NCBI GenBank assembly: GCA_963662965.1
Contig: OY759970.1
Span: forward strand, 3,904,524 to 3,968,523
Length of the DNA: 64,000 nucleotides
DNA from: Vicinamibacterales bacterium
GTDB lineage: Bacteria > Acidobacteriota > Vicinamibacteria > Vicinamibacterales > UBA8438
Direction of reading: 5' to 3'
The position numbers and the translations under genes are program-made. Of the stretch, positions 39,421 through 50,098 are shown piece by piece (within the stretch, counting starts at the first letter, position 1; each line of letters starts with the position of its first letter). Below the pieces are notes generated by a model. The model searched no databases and had not been told where the DNA came from. It was given only the letters and a program-made list of their open reading frames with translations.

Positions 39421-41565
39421 ATGAACACAAACGCGAAGCTGATGGGCGCGCTGGTCGTGGCTCTGGGTGTCGGTTGCTCGTCGGGTGGTGACGACGCGTC
39501 GGAGGAGGTGGCCGCGATGAGCGACGACAATCCGTTCTACACCGAGAGCACGTTGCCGTATCAGCTGCCACCGTTCGAGCAGATCGACGAGTCGCACTTC
39601 CTCCCGGCGTTCGAGCGCGGCATGGCGGAGCAGCTCGAGGAAGTCGGCGCGATTGCGAGTCAATCCGATCCGCCGACGTTCGAGAACACGTTCGTGCCGC
39701 TGGAGCGCTCGGGCGTGCTGTTGAATCGCGTCGCAGCGACGTTCTTCAACCTCTCTGGCGCCGACACGAACGACGCGCTTGACGAGATCCGGAGCGAGGT
39801 CGCGCCGAAGCTGGCGGCGCATACCGATCAGATCTTGCTGAACGGCGCGCTGTTTGACCGGGTGCGGACGCTGCGCGAGGCACGCGACACTCTAGGGCTC
39901 GACGATGAGGCGCGCCGTCTCATTGAACGCCATTACATCGACTTTGTTCGCGCCGGGGCGTTGCTGTCTGAAGACGCCCAAGAGCGGATGCAAGAGATCA
40001 ACGCCGAGCTGGCGACGCTGCAGACGACTTTCGGCCAGAACGTGCTCGACGAGGTGAACGCGTCGGCGGTCGTGGTCGAGAGCAAGGACGAGCTGGCGGG
40101 GCTGCCGGACGGGCAGATCGCCGCCGCCGCGGAAGCGGCCACGTCACGCGACCTCGACGGCAAGTATGTGGTCGCCCTGCTGAATACGAGCGGCCAGCCG
40201 CCGCTGGCGGCGCTCGAGAATCGCAAGCTGCGCGAGCGGATCATGCGCGAGTCGCTGGTGCGGGGCAGCCAGGGCGGGGAATACGACAACCGCGAGGTCA
40301 TCACGCGGATGGCGCGGCTGCGGGCCGAGCGGGCCGCCATGCTCGGTTATCCGAATCACGCGGCGTACATTCTCGAGGAGCAGACGGCGCAAACCGTCTC
40401 CGCGGTCAATGAGCGGCTCGCCAGTCTGGTCCCCCTGGCGGTCGCCAACGCGGAGCGTGAAGCGAAGGATTTGCAGGCGATGGCGAACGCCGACGGGGCT
40501 GACCTCGAGCTCGCGGCATGGGATTGGTCGTTCTATACCGAAAAGGTGCGCGCCGACCGCTACGACTTCGATGCCTCCGAGCTCCGGCCGTACTTCGAGA
40601 TCGACAACGTGATCGACAACGGTGTCTTCTACGCGGCGCATCAGCTGTACGGCGTGACGTTCGAGGCGCGCCCAGACCTGGCGGGCTATCACCCCGACGT
40701 GCGGGTGTGGGAGGTGTTCGACGCCGACGGCACCCCGCTCGGACTGTTTCTCGGCGACTACTACGCCCGCCCGTCGAAACGGGGCGGTGCCTGGATGAGC
40801 GCCTATGTCACCCAGTCGCATCTGCTCGACACGCGGCCGGTGCTCGCGAACCATCTGAACATCACGAAGCCGGTCGAGGGCGAACCGACCCTCCTGACGT
40901 TCGATGAGGTGGAGACGATGTTCCACGAGTTCGGGCATGCCCTCCACGGCTTCTTCTCCAACGTCGAGTATCCGTACTTCGCCGGGACGGCGGTGCCGCG
41001 GGACTTCGTCGAGTATCCGTCGCAGGTCAACGAGATGTGGGCCATCTGGCCCGAGGTGTTGACGAATTACGCTGTGCATCACGAGAGTGGTGAGCCGATG
41101 CCGCAGGAGCTGCTCGACAAGGTGTTGGCGACGGAGACGTTCAACCAGGGATTCGCGACCACGGAGTACCTCGCCGCGTCACTCCTCGACCAGGCGTGGC
41201 ATCAGCTGACGGCCGACGAAGTGCCGGCATCGGACGGCGTGGCCGCGTTCGAGGCGGCGGCGTTGGAGCAGGCGGGGGTCGCGGTGGATGCCGTGCCGCC
41301 GCGATACCGCAGTACCTATTTCTCCCACATTTGGAGTAGCGGGTACTCGGCCGGCTATTACTCCTACATCTGGGCCGAAGTGCTCGATGCCGATTCGGTC
41401 GAATGGTTCAAGGAGAATGGCGGCCTGCGCCGCGAGAACGGTGACCACTTCCGGCGCACGCTGCTCTCCAAGGGGGGGAGTGTCGACGCCATGGATCTCT
41501 TCCGAACGTTCCGGGGCGCGGAGCCGGATGTCCGTCCGCTCCTCGTGCGTCGCGGGTTGGAGTAG
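39421..41565 (+). CDS. dcp: peptidyl-dipeptidase Dcp / oligopeptidase (M3 family) lipoprotein
   Basis: 714 aa from the internal ATG. It has the lipobox LGVGCSS, the zinc site FHEFGHALHG and the downstream EYPSQVNE. Confidence 0.9.
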   Translation: MNTNAKLMGALVVALGVGCSSGGDDASEEVAAMSDDNPFYTESTLPYQLPPFEQIDESHFLPAFERGMAEQLEEVGAIASQSDPPTFENTFVPLERSGVLLNRVAATFFNLSGADTNDALDEIRSEVAPKLAAHTDQILLNGALFDRVRTLREARDTLGLDDEARRLIERHYIDFVRAGALLSEDAQERMQEINAELATLQTTFGQNVLDEVNASAVVVESKDELAGLPDGQIAAAAEAATSRDLDGKYVVALLNTSGQPPLAALENRKLRERIMRESLVRGSQGGEYDNREVITRMARLRAERAAMLGYPNHAAYILEEQTAQTVSAVNERLASLVPLAVANAEREAKDLQAMANADGADLELAAWDWSFYTEKVRADRYDFDASELRPYFEIDNVIDNGVFYAAHQLYGVTFEARPDLAGYHPDVRVWEVFDADGTPLGLFLGDYYARPSKRGGAWMSAYVTQSHLLDTRPVLANHLNITKPVEGEPTLLTFDEVETMFHEFGHALHGFFSNVEYPYFAGTAVPRDFVEYPSQVNEMWAIWPEVLTNYAVHHESGEPMPQELLDKVLATETFNQGFATTEYLAASLLDQAWHQLTADEVPASDGVAAFEAAALEQAGVAVDAVPPRYRSTYFSHIWSSGYSAGYYSYIWAEVLDADSVEWFKENGGLRRENGDHFRRTLLSKGGSVDAMDLFRTFRGAEPDVRPLLVRRGLE

Positions 41566-41585
41566 GAAGCGCCCGAGTCTCGTGG

Positions 41586-42020
41586 CTACGCACGAGGGCG
41601 ATATTCGCTCAGCATGAGCTGCACGCGCGCGGTGAGTCGCGCCCGCAGCTCGTCGCGGACGTCGACTCGCGGGCACGTCTCGGCGGCGTACGCCAGCCAA
41701 TTCTCCACGTAGTCGTGCAGCCAGACGGCGTACTCGCGGCACGCGTCGTCGTCCTTCACCACCGAGAGGCCCCGGCGGACCCACGTGTCGAAGCGGGCGA
41801 CCGCCAGCTCGAGCATCTGTGATCGGTAGCGGTCCGAATCGGTGGTGACCGTGGCGGTGCGGCTCAGTTGGTGGTCGTGACGGTCCAAGGCGCAGCGGGC
41901 GACGGTGGTCGCGTCCTCCCACAGACGGTGCCGTGGGTCGTCCGGCCCGAACGGGTTGCCGCCTTCCACCGGGTCGCGGTGCGACCATCGCGGGCGAGCC
42001 GTGCGCGCCCTGAGCATCAT
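41586..42020 (-). CDS. hypothetical cytoplasmic protein
   Basis: The ORF 41586..42119 was trimmed to Met34/35 to avoid overlap with the divergent DUF1592 gene. No motif was recognised, and coding status is supported only by length and codon style. Confidence 0.35.
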   Translation of the reverse strand: MMLRARTARPRWSHRDPVEGGNPFGPDDPRHRLWEDATTVARCALDRHDHQLSRTATVTTDSDRYRSQMLELAVARFDTWVRRGLSVVKDDDACREYAVWLHDYVENWLAYAAETCPRVDVRDELRARLTARVQLMLSEYRPRA

Positions 42021-42108
42021 TATCGCCCCGCGATTGTACGAGTACAATGCGCTGCCCGTCGTCGGTTCACACAGCCCTACGTTGACACGTTCAGGCACGC
42101 GCGGGAAA

Positions 42109-44625
42109 ATGGCCGTCATGAGAAGTGTGTTGGCCGTCGTGCTGGCCGCGCTGGCGCTCGTCCTCGTTTTCGCCGCCGCCGACCGCGTGACCGCGTCCGG
42201 GCTGCCGCCGGCTCAAGCGCGAGCTGAAGGTCAGCTCGAGCCGGACGCCCTCCTCGATCGCTACTGCACGACGTGTCACAACGAGCGGATGGCCGAGCAG
42301 GGGACGGTCCCCTTTGGTTTTGAGGAAGTCGAAGTCGAAGCTGGGGGCGGACTCGACGGGGCGAGTATCGGCGCGCACGCCGAGCTCTGGGAAAAGGTCG
42401 TCCGTAAACTGCGGCTCGGCATGATGCCGCCGGTCGGTCGTCCGCGGCCTGACGCGGAGACCGCGAATCGGTTCGTGACCTGGCTCGAGACCGAGCTCGA
42501 CCGCGCGTCGGCCGCTCGTCCGCAGCCTGGACGATCGGTGGTTCGTAGGCTGACCATCGCCGAGTACATCAACGCGGTCGAGAGCTTGATCGACCTCGAG
42601 CTCGATGAGCAGACGCTGCTCTTTCCGGCCGATGACGTCGATCAGCACGGCTTCGACACGAACGGCGAGGTGCTCTCGGTCTCGCCGGCGCTCTTCGACC
42701 GCTACCTCGCCGCCGCGAATCGCGTGAGTCGCCTCGCCGTCGGCGATCCGACCATCGGGCCGGGGTTCGCGGCCGTGACCTACGGGACCCATCGACTGCT
42801 GTATCAGGACGACCGGATGAGCGATGACCTGCCGTTTGGGTCCCGCGGCGGCCTGGCCATTCGCCACTACTTTCCGCTCGACGGCGACTACGAGCTGACG
42901 ATCCGACTTCGACGGATGATCTACGACTACATCGTCGGAATGGGTCGCACGCAGCAGATCGAAGTCCGTGTCGACGGCGAGCTGGTCGAGCGGTTCGAGG
43001 TGGGCGATGCCGATCGCTTGGGCTATCCGTCCGCCTACAGCTTCTTCGGGACCATTCGCGGCGATCCCGAGTGGGAGGATTACGTCTCCAATGAGGCCGA
43101 TGCCGGCTTGGTCGTGCGCTTTCCCGCTCGCGCCGGGATGCATGTCGTCGGCGTGTCGTTCGTCGACGCGCCGACGGAGCCGACCGGGATCCTCGAGCGC
43201 CGGCTGGCAGGCTTCTCGTTGAGCGGGCTCGGGTTCTACCACGGGAACGCGGCGGTCGACCGCGTCGAAATCGCCGGACCGTATGACGCCACGGGTCCCG
43301 GTGACACCCCGGCTCGTCGCGCGCTGTTCAGCTGCCGGCCGACCGGGTCTGAGGACGCCGATGCCGACGACGACAGCGCCGCCTGTGCGCGTGAGACGCT
43401 CACCGGGCTGGCCCGACGCGCGTATCGCCGACCGGTGACCGATGGCGACGTCGATACCCTGATGCGTTTTTATGATGCGGGCCGGGCCGACGGCGGCTTC
43501 GAGCGAGGCATTCAGAAGGCACTCGAGCGGCTGCTCGTCGCACCCGAGTTCCTCTTTCGAGTCGAGCGCGACCCGGTCGACATCGCGGCCGGCTCGGCCT
43601 ACACCCTGACCGACCTCGAGCTCGCGTCTCGGCTGTCGCTCTTCCTCTGGAGCAGCATTCCGGATGACGAGCTGCTGACCCTTGCCGAAGCCGACCAGCT
43701 GAGCGATCCCGCCACGCTCGAACGGCAGGTCCGGCGGATGCTCGACGACCCGCGCGCGCGCGCCTTGGTCGACAACTTTGCCAGTCAGTGGCTCCAGCTG
43801 CGGCGGATTCGCGGCGTGACGCCAGACGCCGACATCTTTTACGAGTTCGACGAAAACCTCCGCGCCGACATGGAGCGGGAGACGACGCTGTTTCTCGAGC
43901 ACCAGCTGCGCGCCGATCGGAGTCTGCTCGAGCTGCTGACCGCCGACTACACCTTCGTCAACGAGCGGCTGGCGCGGCACTACGGCATCTCGAATGTCTA
44001 CGGCGAGCGGTTCCGCCGCGTGGCTCTCGACGGCGGGGAGCGGGCCGGGCTCCTCGGCCACGCGAGCCTGCTGACGCTGACCGCCTATCCGACGCGGACG
44101 TCGCCGGTGCTGCGTGGCAAGTGGCTGCTGGACAACGTGCTTGGCGCGCCGCCGCCACCGCCCCCGGACGATGTGCCGCCGCTCGAAGAGAACCACGGCG
44201 GCCGCGAGGTGCTCTCGATACGGGAGCGGATGGAGCGGCATCGGGCGAATCCCGCGTGCGCCGTCTGTCATCGGGTCATGGATCCACCCGGCTTTGCGCT
44301 CGAGCACTACGATGCGATCGGGCGGTGGCGTGACCGGAGCGAGGACGGGGCGCAGGTCGATGCGTCCGGGACGCTCGCCGACGGCACAGCGGTGGATGGA
44401 CCGCTGACGATGCGCGAAGCGCTGCTCGCTCACGACGTCAGTTTCGTGCGAACGGTGACCGAAAAGCTGCTCGCGTATGCCATCGGTCGAGATATCAAAT
44501 ACTACGACCAGCCGGCCATTCGCCGGGTCGCCACCGCGGCGGCATCCGACGAGTATCGCTGGTCATCCGTTATCATTGGGATCGTCAAGAGTGCGCCGTT
44601 CCAGATGAGGAGTGCCGAGTCATGA
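42109..44625 (+). CDS. DUF1592/DUF1588/DUF1585-type exported protein with N-terminal heme c motif
   Basis: 838 aa from the internal ATG (MAVMRSVLAVVLAALALVLVF). Motifs are LLDRYCTTCHNERMAEQG, FASQWLQLRR, VLRGKWLLDNVLGAPPPPPP, ANPACAVCH and LLAYAIGR. This is the pattern of the Planctomycete/Acidobacteria DUF1592 family. Confidence 0.85.
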   Translation: MAVMRSVLAVVLAALALVLVFAAADRVTASGLPPAQARAEGQLEPDALLDRYCTTCHNERMAEQGTVPFGFEEVEVEAGGGLDGASIGAHAELWEKVVRKLRLGMMPPVGRPRPDAETANRFVTWLETELDRASAARPQPGRSVVRRLTIAEYINAVESLIDLELDEQTLLFPADDVDQHGFDTNGEVLSVSPALFDRYLAAANRVSRLAVGDPTIGPGFAAVTYGTHRLLYQDDRMSDDLPFGSRGGLAIRHYFPLDGDYELTIRLRRMIYDYIVGMGRTQQIEVRVDGELVERFEVGDADRLGYPSAYSFFGTIRGDPEWEDYVSNEADAGLVVRFPARAGMHVVGVSFVDAPTEPTGILERRLAGFSLSGLGFYHGNAAVDRVEIAGPYDATGPGDTPARRALFSCRPTGSEDADADDDSAACARETLTGLARRAYRRPVTDGDVDTLMRFYDAGRADGGFERGIQKALERLLVAPEFLFRVERDPVDIAAGSAYTLTDLELASRLSLFLWSSIPDDELLTLAEADQLSDPATLERQVRRMLDDPRARALVDNFASQWLQLRRIRGVTPDADIFYEFDENLRADMERETTLFLEHQLRADRSLLELLTADYTFVNERLARHYGISNVYGERFRRVALDGGERAGLLGHASLLTLTAYPTRTSPVLRGKWLLDNVLGAPPPPPPDDVPPLEENHGGREVLSIRERMERHRANPACAVCHRVMDPPGFALEHYDAIGRWRDRSEDGAQVDASGTLADGTAVDGPLTMREALLAHDVSFVRTVTEKLLAYAIGRDIKYYDQPAIRRVATAAASDEYRWSSVIIGIVKSAPFQMRSAES

Positions 44626-45977
44626 TCATTACCAAGAACGCGATCTCGCGCCGGACCGTGCTCCGTGGGATCGGAGCGACGCTCGGTCTGCCGCTGCTCG
44701 ACGGCATGGTGCCGGCGCTGACGGCGCTCGCCCAGACGCCGGCCAGGGCCGCCATCCGCTTCGGCGCGGTCTACGTGCCAAACGGGATGGTGATGCAGAA
44801 CTGGACGCCGGCGAGCGAGGGTGCCGCGTTCGAGCTGACGCCGACACTCCAGCCGCTGGCGCCGTATCGCGACCAGATGCTGGTGCTCTCCGGTCTCAAC
44901 AGCACCCCGCCGCCGGGGATACGGGGCGGCACCCACTCGCGCGCCTCGACGAAGTTCCTCACGGCCGAGCACCCCGGAGCCTGGAATCCAGACGCCATCT
45001 CGATAGACCAGATTGCGGCCAAGGCGCTGGGACGACAGACGCCGCTCGCGTCACTCGAGCTGGGGATGGAGGGGGCAAATTTCGCCGGCTCGTGCGACAG
45101 CGGCGGGTTCAGTTGCGCCTTCTCGTACACCATCTCGTGGGCCAGTGGCTCGACGCCGTTGCCGATGGAGCACAACCCGCGCGCGGTTTTCGAGCGCCTG
45201 TTCGGCGACAGCGATAGCACCGATCCCGCGGCCCGTCAGGCGCGTATGCGCGAGCAGCGAAGCATCCTCGACTCTCTGAGCGACGATGTCGCGCGTCTCG
45301 AGGCCAGTCTCGGCGCGAGCGACCGGCGGAAAGTCGGCGCGTACCTCGATGCCGTGCGTGACGTGGAGCGGCGGATCGAGATCGCCGAGCGGCGGGACGA
45401 CAGCGACCTCCCACTGCTTGAGCGTCCGATGGGGGTGCCGGCCGATTTCGCCGACCATGCGGAGCTGATGTACGACCTGCAGCTGCTCGCCTACCAAACC
45501 GATCGCACGCGCGTTATCTCGTTCATGTGCGGGCACGAGCTGAGTGGTCGCACGTATCGGGAGATCGGCGTTCCCGACGCGCACCACCCGCTCTCGCATC
45601 ATCGCAACGTGCCGGAGGCGCTTGCGAAGCTGACGAAAATCAACACGTATCACACGACCCTGCTGGCCTCGTTCCTCGAAAAGCTGCGTGCGACGCCGGA
45701 CGGCGACGGTTCGCTGCTCGACCATGTGATGATCATGTACGGCGCCGGCATGAGCGACAGCAACGCCCATTCGCCGTACAACCTGCCGATTCTCCTGCTC
45801 GGCGGCGGGGCGGGGCAGGTCGCGGGCGGACGCCACCTCGTCTATCCCGAGCGGACGCCGCTCGCCAATCTGCACGTCTCGCTGCTCGACAAGATCGGAG
45901 TCGATGTCGACCGGATCGGCGACAGCACCGGCGCGCTTCCGATGCTGGGAAACGCGGAGCGGTTGTCGGGAGTCTAG
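44622..45977 (+). CDS. DUF1552-domain protein (Tat-type signal)
   Basis: 451 aa with the N-terminal ISRRTVLRGIGATLGLPLLDGM. An ATGA overlap couples it to the DUF1592 gene, which is the canonical partner arrangement. Confidence 0.85.
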   Translation: MIITKNAISRRTVLRGIGATLGLPLLDGMVPALTALAQTPARAAIRFGAVYVPNGMVMQNWTPASEGAAFELTPTLQPLAPYRDQMLVLSGLNSTPPPGIRGGTHSRASTKFLTAEHPGAWNPDAISIDQIAAKALGRQTPLASLELGMEGANFAGSCDSGGFSCAFSYTISWASGSTPLPMEHNPRAVFERLFGDSDSTDPAARQARMREQRSILDSLSDDVARLEASLGASDRRKVGAYLDAVRDVERRIEIAERRDDSDLPLLERPMGVPADFADHAELMYDLQLLAYQTDRTRVISFMCGHELSGRTYREIGVPDAHHPLSHHRNVPEALAKLTKINTYHTTLLASFLEKLRATPDGDGSLLDHVMIMYGAGMSDSNAHSPYNLPILLLGGGAGQVAGGRHLVYPERTPLANLHVSLLDKIGVDVDRIGDSTGALPMLGNAERLSGV

Positions 45978-47506
45978 TGTCGCGCGTCTTGCTCATTGCT
46001 GTCGCGGCGCTCTCGCTAGGCTCGCCCGCCTTCGCCGAGGCTTCGGCGGGCGAGCCCAAGTCTGGCCAGGACGACGTTACGGCCGGGCGAAGGCTGGCGG
46101 ACGCCGTGAAGCGTCAGGACAGCAACACGATTGATGCCCTGCTGAGTGGCGCGGTCAACGTCAACACCCCGCAAGCGGACGGCGCCACGGCACTGCACTG
46201 GGCGGTCTACCACGACGACCTCGACATGGTGAACCGGCTCCATGGCGCCGGCGCCACCCCGAACGCGAGCAACACCCACGGGGTGACCCCGTTGGCGCTG
46301 GCGTGCACCAACGCCAACGCGCAGATGGTGCAGGTACTCTTGGCGGCCGGCGCCGACGCGAGTGTCGCGGCGGTCTCAGGTGTCACCCCGCTCATGGAGT
46401 GCGCCCGCACCGGCAACGTCGAGGCGGTCGAGGCGCTGCTTGCGACGGACGCAGACGTCAACGCCATCGAGTCGGAAGAGAAACAAACCGCGTTGATGTG
46501 GGCAGTGTCACAGCGGCACGCGTCGGTCGTCGCGGCGCTCATCGACGCGGGAGTCAGCGTTCCCCATCGGTCGAGTGAGCGCCGTCATGTGATCAGTCGA
46601 CGGCTGCAGTCCGAGCTGAAGTACGGCGAGCGTGGGCGACGCTACGGCACCGACGCGGAGGAAACGACGGTGGGCGGGTACACCGCGTTGCTGTTTGCCG
46701 CCCGACAAGGCGATGTCGACTCCGCGCGCCTGCTGCTCGCCGCGGGTGCCGACGCGAACGACACGGCGCCAGACGGAACGAGCGCGCTCCTGATCGCAGC
46801 GCAGAGTGGCCACGGGGCGTTCGCGCGCTTTCTCTTGAACGAGGGAGCGAATCCGAACGCGGCGGCCGGCGGCTACACGCCGCTTCATGCCGCGGTGCTG
46901 ACCGGCGACCTCGATGTGGTCGGCGCGCTGCTGGCGCACGGCGCGCGCCCCAACGCACAAGTGATTCAGGCGACGCGCGTCACGCGTAATGGCCAAGTTC
47001 TGATGCTCGGCGAGCATCTGCTGGGGGCGACGCCGTTCGCCTTGGCGGCTAAGTTCACGGAAGTCGACATCATGCGCGAGCTGTTGGCGGCCGAGGCGGA
47101 TCCGCTGTTGGGGTTGACCAATGGCTGGACGCCATTGATGCTGGCCTCCGGCGCGAGTTGGCGTTTCGGCGTCTGGGACCGCCGCGACCGGGCGCTCGCC
47201 CGGGACTTCGCGTTCCAGGCCCAGCACGCCGATGAGCAGGGCACGCTCGACGCCGTTCGGCTCGTGGTCGAGACGGGCGCCGACATCGATGCGGTTGATG
47301 AGGACGGCAACACCGCGTTGCACCACGTGGTCGACAAGGGCTTCGATCGCGTCGTTGAGTATCTGGTGGGCGGCGGGGCGGACGTCAATGCGTCAAATGG
47401 CCGCGGCCAGACGCCGCTCGACGTGCTCCGTCGGCGGAGCGCCAACCGCGAGGCGGCTGACGCGACGGCACGCCTGCTAGAGGATCTCGGCGCCCACACT
47501 CGGTAG
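45977..47506 (+). CDS. secreted ankyrin-repeat protein
   Basis: The GTG start overlaps the DUF1552 stop (TAGTG). The signal peptide is VSRVLLIAVAALSLGSPAFA. It has at least 8 ankyrin repeats (GATALHWAVYHDDLDMVNRLHGAGATPN, GVTPLALACTNANAQMVQVLLAAGAD, and others). Confidence 0.85.
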   Translation: MSRVLLIAVAALSLGSPAFAEASAGEPKSGQDDVTAGRRLADAVKRQDSNTIDALLSGAVNVNTPQADGATALHWAVYHDDLDMVNRLHGAGATPNASNTHGVTPLALACTNANAQMVQVLLAAGADASVAAVSGVTPLMECARTGNVEAVEALLATDADVNAIESEEKQTALMWAVSQRHASVVAALIDAGVSVPHRSSERRHVISRRLQSELKYGERGRRYGTDAEETTVGGYTALLFAARQGDVDSARLLLAAGADANDTAPDGTSALLIAAQSGHGAFARFLLNEGANPNAAAGGYTPLHAAVLTGDLDVVGALLAHGARPNAQVIQATRVTRNGQVLMLGEHLLGATPFALAAKFTEVDIMRELLAAEADPLLGLTNGWTPLMLASGASWRFGVWDRRDRALARDFAFQAQHADEQGTLDAVRLVVETGADIDAVDEDGNTALHHVVDKGFDRVVEYLVGGGADVNASNGRGQTPLDVLRRRSANREAADATARLLEDLGAHTR

Positions 47507-47532
47507 TCACCCGCCTGCCCCATAATTGCGCT

Positions 47533-48534
47533 GTGTCGGATCGGGTCAACATCACCTTTCTCGGCTGCGGGTACATCACCCGGGTCCACAGTCGGCATCT
47601 CACGCGGCTCCGGGACGAGATCACCCCGAGTTACGCCAGTCGCGATGCGGAGAAAGCCGAGGCTTATCGACGGGAGCACGTCGGCGCGCGGAGCTATGGC
47701 GCCTACCGGGCGGCCATCGAGGACCCGGCGGTTGATGCGGTGGTCGTCGCCGTCCCGCCGCGGTTCCACCTCGAGCTGACGCTCGAGGCGCTCGCCGCGG
47801 GGAAGCACGTCTTGGTGGAGAAGCCGGCCTTTCCGCGTCTCGCGGATTTCGGGCGGGCCCGCGCCGCCGCCGAGCGCGCCCAGCGCATCGTCCTCGTCGG
47901 TGAAAACGATCACTACAAGCCGCTTGCCGTCTGTTTGCGCCGACTGCTCGCGGACGGGGCGATCGGCGAGTTGGTGCTGGCGCATTTCACGACGCTCGTC
48001 AAGAAATTCAAACCGGCTGAGGACTGGCGCAACGATGAAGCGATGGCCGGTGGCGACGCGTTCTTCGAGGAAGGCATTCACTGGCTCCATCTCGCGAACG
48101 GTCTCGGCCCCACGATCACGTCGGCGCACGGGTATCGACCGCCGCCGGCGGCCGATCGGCCGGACCGTCGCGCCAAGAGCATGCTGGTGTCGTTTCGCTA
48201 CGACAACGGCGCCGCCGGGTCGCTCTACTACTCGCGTGAGGTGCCGTCGCTTCTGCGCGGCCTTCGGGTGTCGAAGCTGTTCGGACGCAACGGCATCATC
48301 ACGTTCGAGTCGAATGGCGGCTTCGTCCTCGTGCGGAACGCAGGCATGCCGGAGCTGTTGTTTCCCGGGTTTCGCGACATCCGGGGGTACCAGGCGATGT
48401 ATCGCGACTTCGTGGTCGCGATCCGAGACGGCCGCCCGCCGGAGATGAGCCTCGACGCGGCGATCGTCGACCAGCGAGTCATGGACCAAATCTACGCCAC
48501 CGCCGACGCTGGCGACGAGATCGATGGCGTCTGA
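47533..48534 (+). CDS. Gfo/Idh/MocA-family oxidoreductase
   Basis: 333 aa with the N-terminal Rossmann VNITFLGCGYITRVH and the family motif GKHVLVEKP. No signal peptide is visible. Confidence 0.85.
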   Translation: MSDRVNITFLGCGYITRVHSRHLTRLRDEITPSYASRDAEKAEAYRREHVGARSYGAYRAAIEDPAVDAVVVAVPPRFHLELTLEALAAGKHVLVEKPAFPRLADFGRARAAAERAQRIVLVGENDHYKPLAVCLRRLLADGAIGELVLAHFTTLVKKFKPAEDWRNDEAMAGGDAFFEEGIHWLHLANGLGPTITSAHGYRPPPAADRPDRRAKSMLVSFRYDNGAAGSLYYSREVPSLLRGLRVSKLFGRNGIITFESNGGFVLVRNAGMPELLFPGFRDIRGYQAMYRDFVVAIRDGRPPEMSLDAAIVDQRVMDQIYATADAGDEIDGV

Positions 48535-48547
48535 TGTCTGATGCCTC

Positions 48548-50098
48548 ATGACTGATGCCTACGACGTCATCGTCATCGGAACCGGCGCCGGCGGCGGCAC
48601 GGTGGCGCAGGCGCTGGCCCCGACCGGCGCACGCATGCTCTTGCTCGAGCGTGGCGACTTCGTTCCACAAGAGCCTGAGAACTGGGATCCGACGGCGGTC
48701 TGGAAACATCGGCGGTACCGGACCGACGAACACTGGGTCGACCGCCTCGGTCTGGAGTTTCAGCCGTACATCCACTACTGCGTCGGCGGCAACACGAAAT
48801 TCTGGGGAAGCGTCCTCTACCGGCTTCGTAAGCAGGACTTCGGCGAGGTCGAGCATGTCGATGGGATCTCGCCGGCATGGCCGATCGAGTACGCCACGCT
48901 CGAGCCGTACTACGAACGGGCTGAGCAGCTGTACGAAGTGCACGGCCAGCACGGCGTCGACCCAACCGAGCCTGAGCGCGGGCCGTATCCCTACCCCCCG
49001 ATCCCGCATTCGGCCGAGATCGCCGACACGGTGGCGCGACTCAAGGAGCAGGGGCTCACGCCGTCGCCGCTCCCGCTCGGATTACGTGGCCCGGGGACTT
49101 CAGACGGCTGCATCCTGTGTGACACCTGTAATTCGTTCCCGTGCCAACGGCACGCAAAGAGCGACGCCGACGTCTGCTGTGTCCGCCCAACGCTGTCGTA
49201 CGACAACGTCACGTTGTGGACGCAGGCGACCGCGCGGCGATTGATCACCGCTCCAAGCGGGCGCCGGCTGGAGGGCGTTGACGTCGAGCGAGCGGGCAAG
49301 ACGACGCGTGTTGAAGCCCCACTCGTCGTCGTCTCGTGCGGCGCCGCCAATTCGGCCGCGCTGCTCCTGCGGTCGGCAAACGACAAACACCCGAACGGAT
49401 TGGCCAACTCGTCGGGTCTGGTCGGGAGGCGCTACATGGCGCACCTGGCCACGATGATGCAAGCCTTCCATCCGTTCCGGAAGAACCACACGGTGTTTCA
49501 GAAGACCGTGGCGATCAATGACTTCTACTTTCGAGGACCTGAAACGAGCTACCCGCTCGGGCACATCCAATCGCAAGGACGCACGCACGGCGTGATGGTG
49601 CCGGCCGGCGTCCGCGAGTCACGGATGCGAGGCAAGATCGCACCCTTGATCCCGATGTGGGCGTACAACGCCTGGGTCGCGCGCGGCGTCGACTGGCTGG
49701 CGATGTCCGAGGATCTGCCGCGGCCAGACAACTGCGTCACGCTAGAGGACGATGGCCGCATCCGTCTGTCATACCGTCCGACGAATCTGTATGCCCACCA
49801 ACAGCTCGTGTCCGAGATGACGCGCATCCTCCGCGCGCTCGGCTCTTGGAAGGTGTGGGTGCACTCGCACCAGGAGCGGAACACCACACACCAATGCGGG
49901 ACCCTCTGCTTCGGCAGCGATTCGAAGAGTTCCGTGCTCGATCCCTACTGCCGGTCGCATGACATCGAGAACCTCTTTGTCGTCGATGCATCGTTCTTTC
50001 CGTCGTCGGGGGCGGTCAATCCTGGGCTGACGATTGCGGCGCAAGCGCTCCGCGTCGCCGACCACATCGCCGAAACCGAATTCAGGAGCACGCCGTGA
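48548..50098 (+). CDS. GMC-family FAD oxidoreductase
   Basis: 516 aa. The FAD fold YDVIVIGTGAGGGTVAQAL...LLLERG starts at residue 5, so there is no signal peptide. The C-terminus HQCGTLCFG...LFVVDASFFPSS is typical of GMC enzymes. Confidence 0.9.
   Translation: MTDAYDVIVIGTGAGGGTVAQALAPTGARMLLLERGDFVPQEPENWDPTAVWKHRRYRTDEHWVDRLGLEFQPYIHYCVGGNTKFWGSVLYRLRKQDFGEVEHVDGISPAWPIEYATLEPYYERAEQLYEVHGQHGVDPTEPERGPYPYPPIPHSAEIADTVARLKEQGLTPSPLPLGLRGPGTSDGCILCDTCNSFPCQRHAKSDADVCCVRPTLSYDNVTLWTQATARRLITAPSGRRLEGVDVERAGKTTRVEAPLVVVSCGAANSAALLLRSANDKHPNGLANSSGLVGRRYMAHLATMMQAFHPFRKNHTVFQKTVAINDFYFRGPETSYPLGHIQSQGRTHGVMVPAGVRESRMRGKIAPLIPMWAYNAWVARGVDWLAMSEDLPRPDNCVTLEDDGRIRLSYRPTNLYAHQQLVSEMTRILRALGSWKVWVHSHQERNTTHQCGTLCFGSDSKSSVLDPYCRSHDIENLFVVDASFFPSSGAVNPGLTIAAQALRVADHIAETEFRSTP

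Noticed and set aside
42091-44433. Very long antisense or alternative-frame ORFs in the track. Examples: 42091..44433 (-, 780 aa), 46966..48549 (-), 21456..22826 (-), 13014..14192 (-), 11761..12852 (-), 51306..52538 (-), 56979..58172 (+), 17069..18040 (+).
   Set aside because: They are typical high-GC shadow ORFs. They are Arg/Ala/Pro/Gly-rich and low in complexity, carry no motifs, and each fully overlaps a gene with strong family signatures on the other strand or frame.
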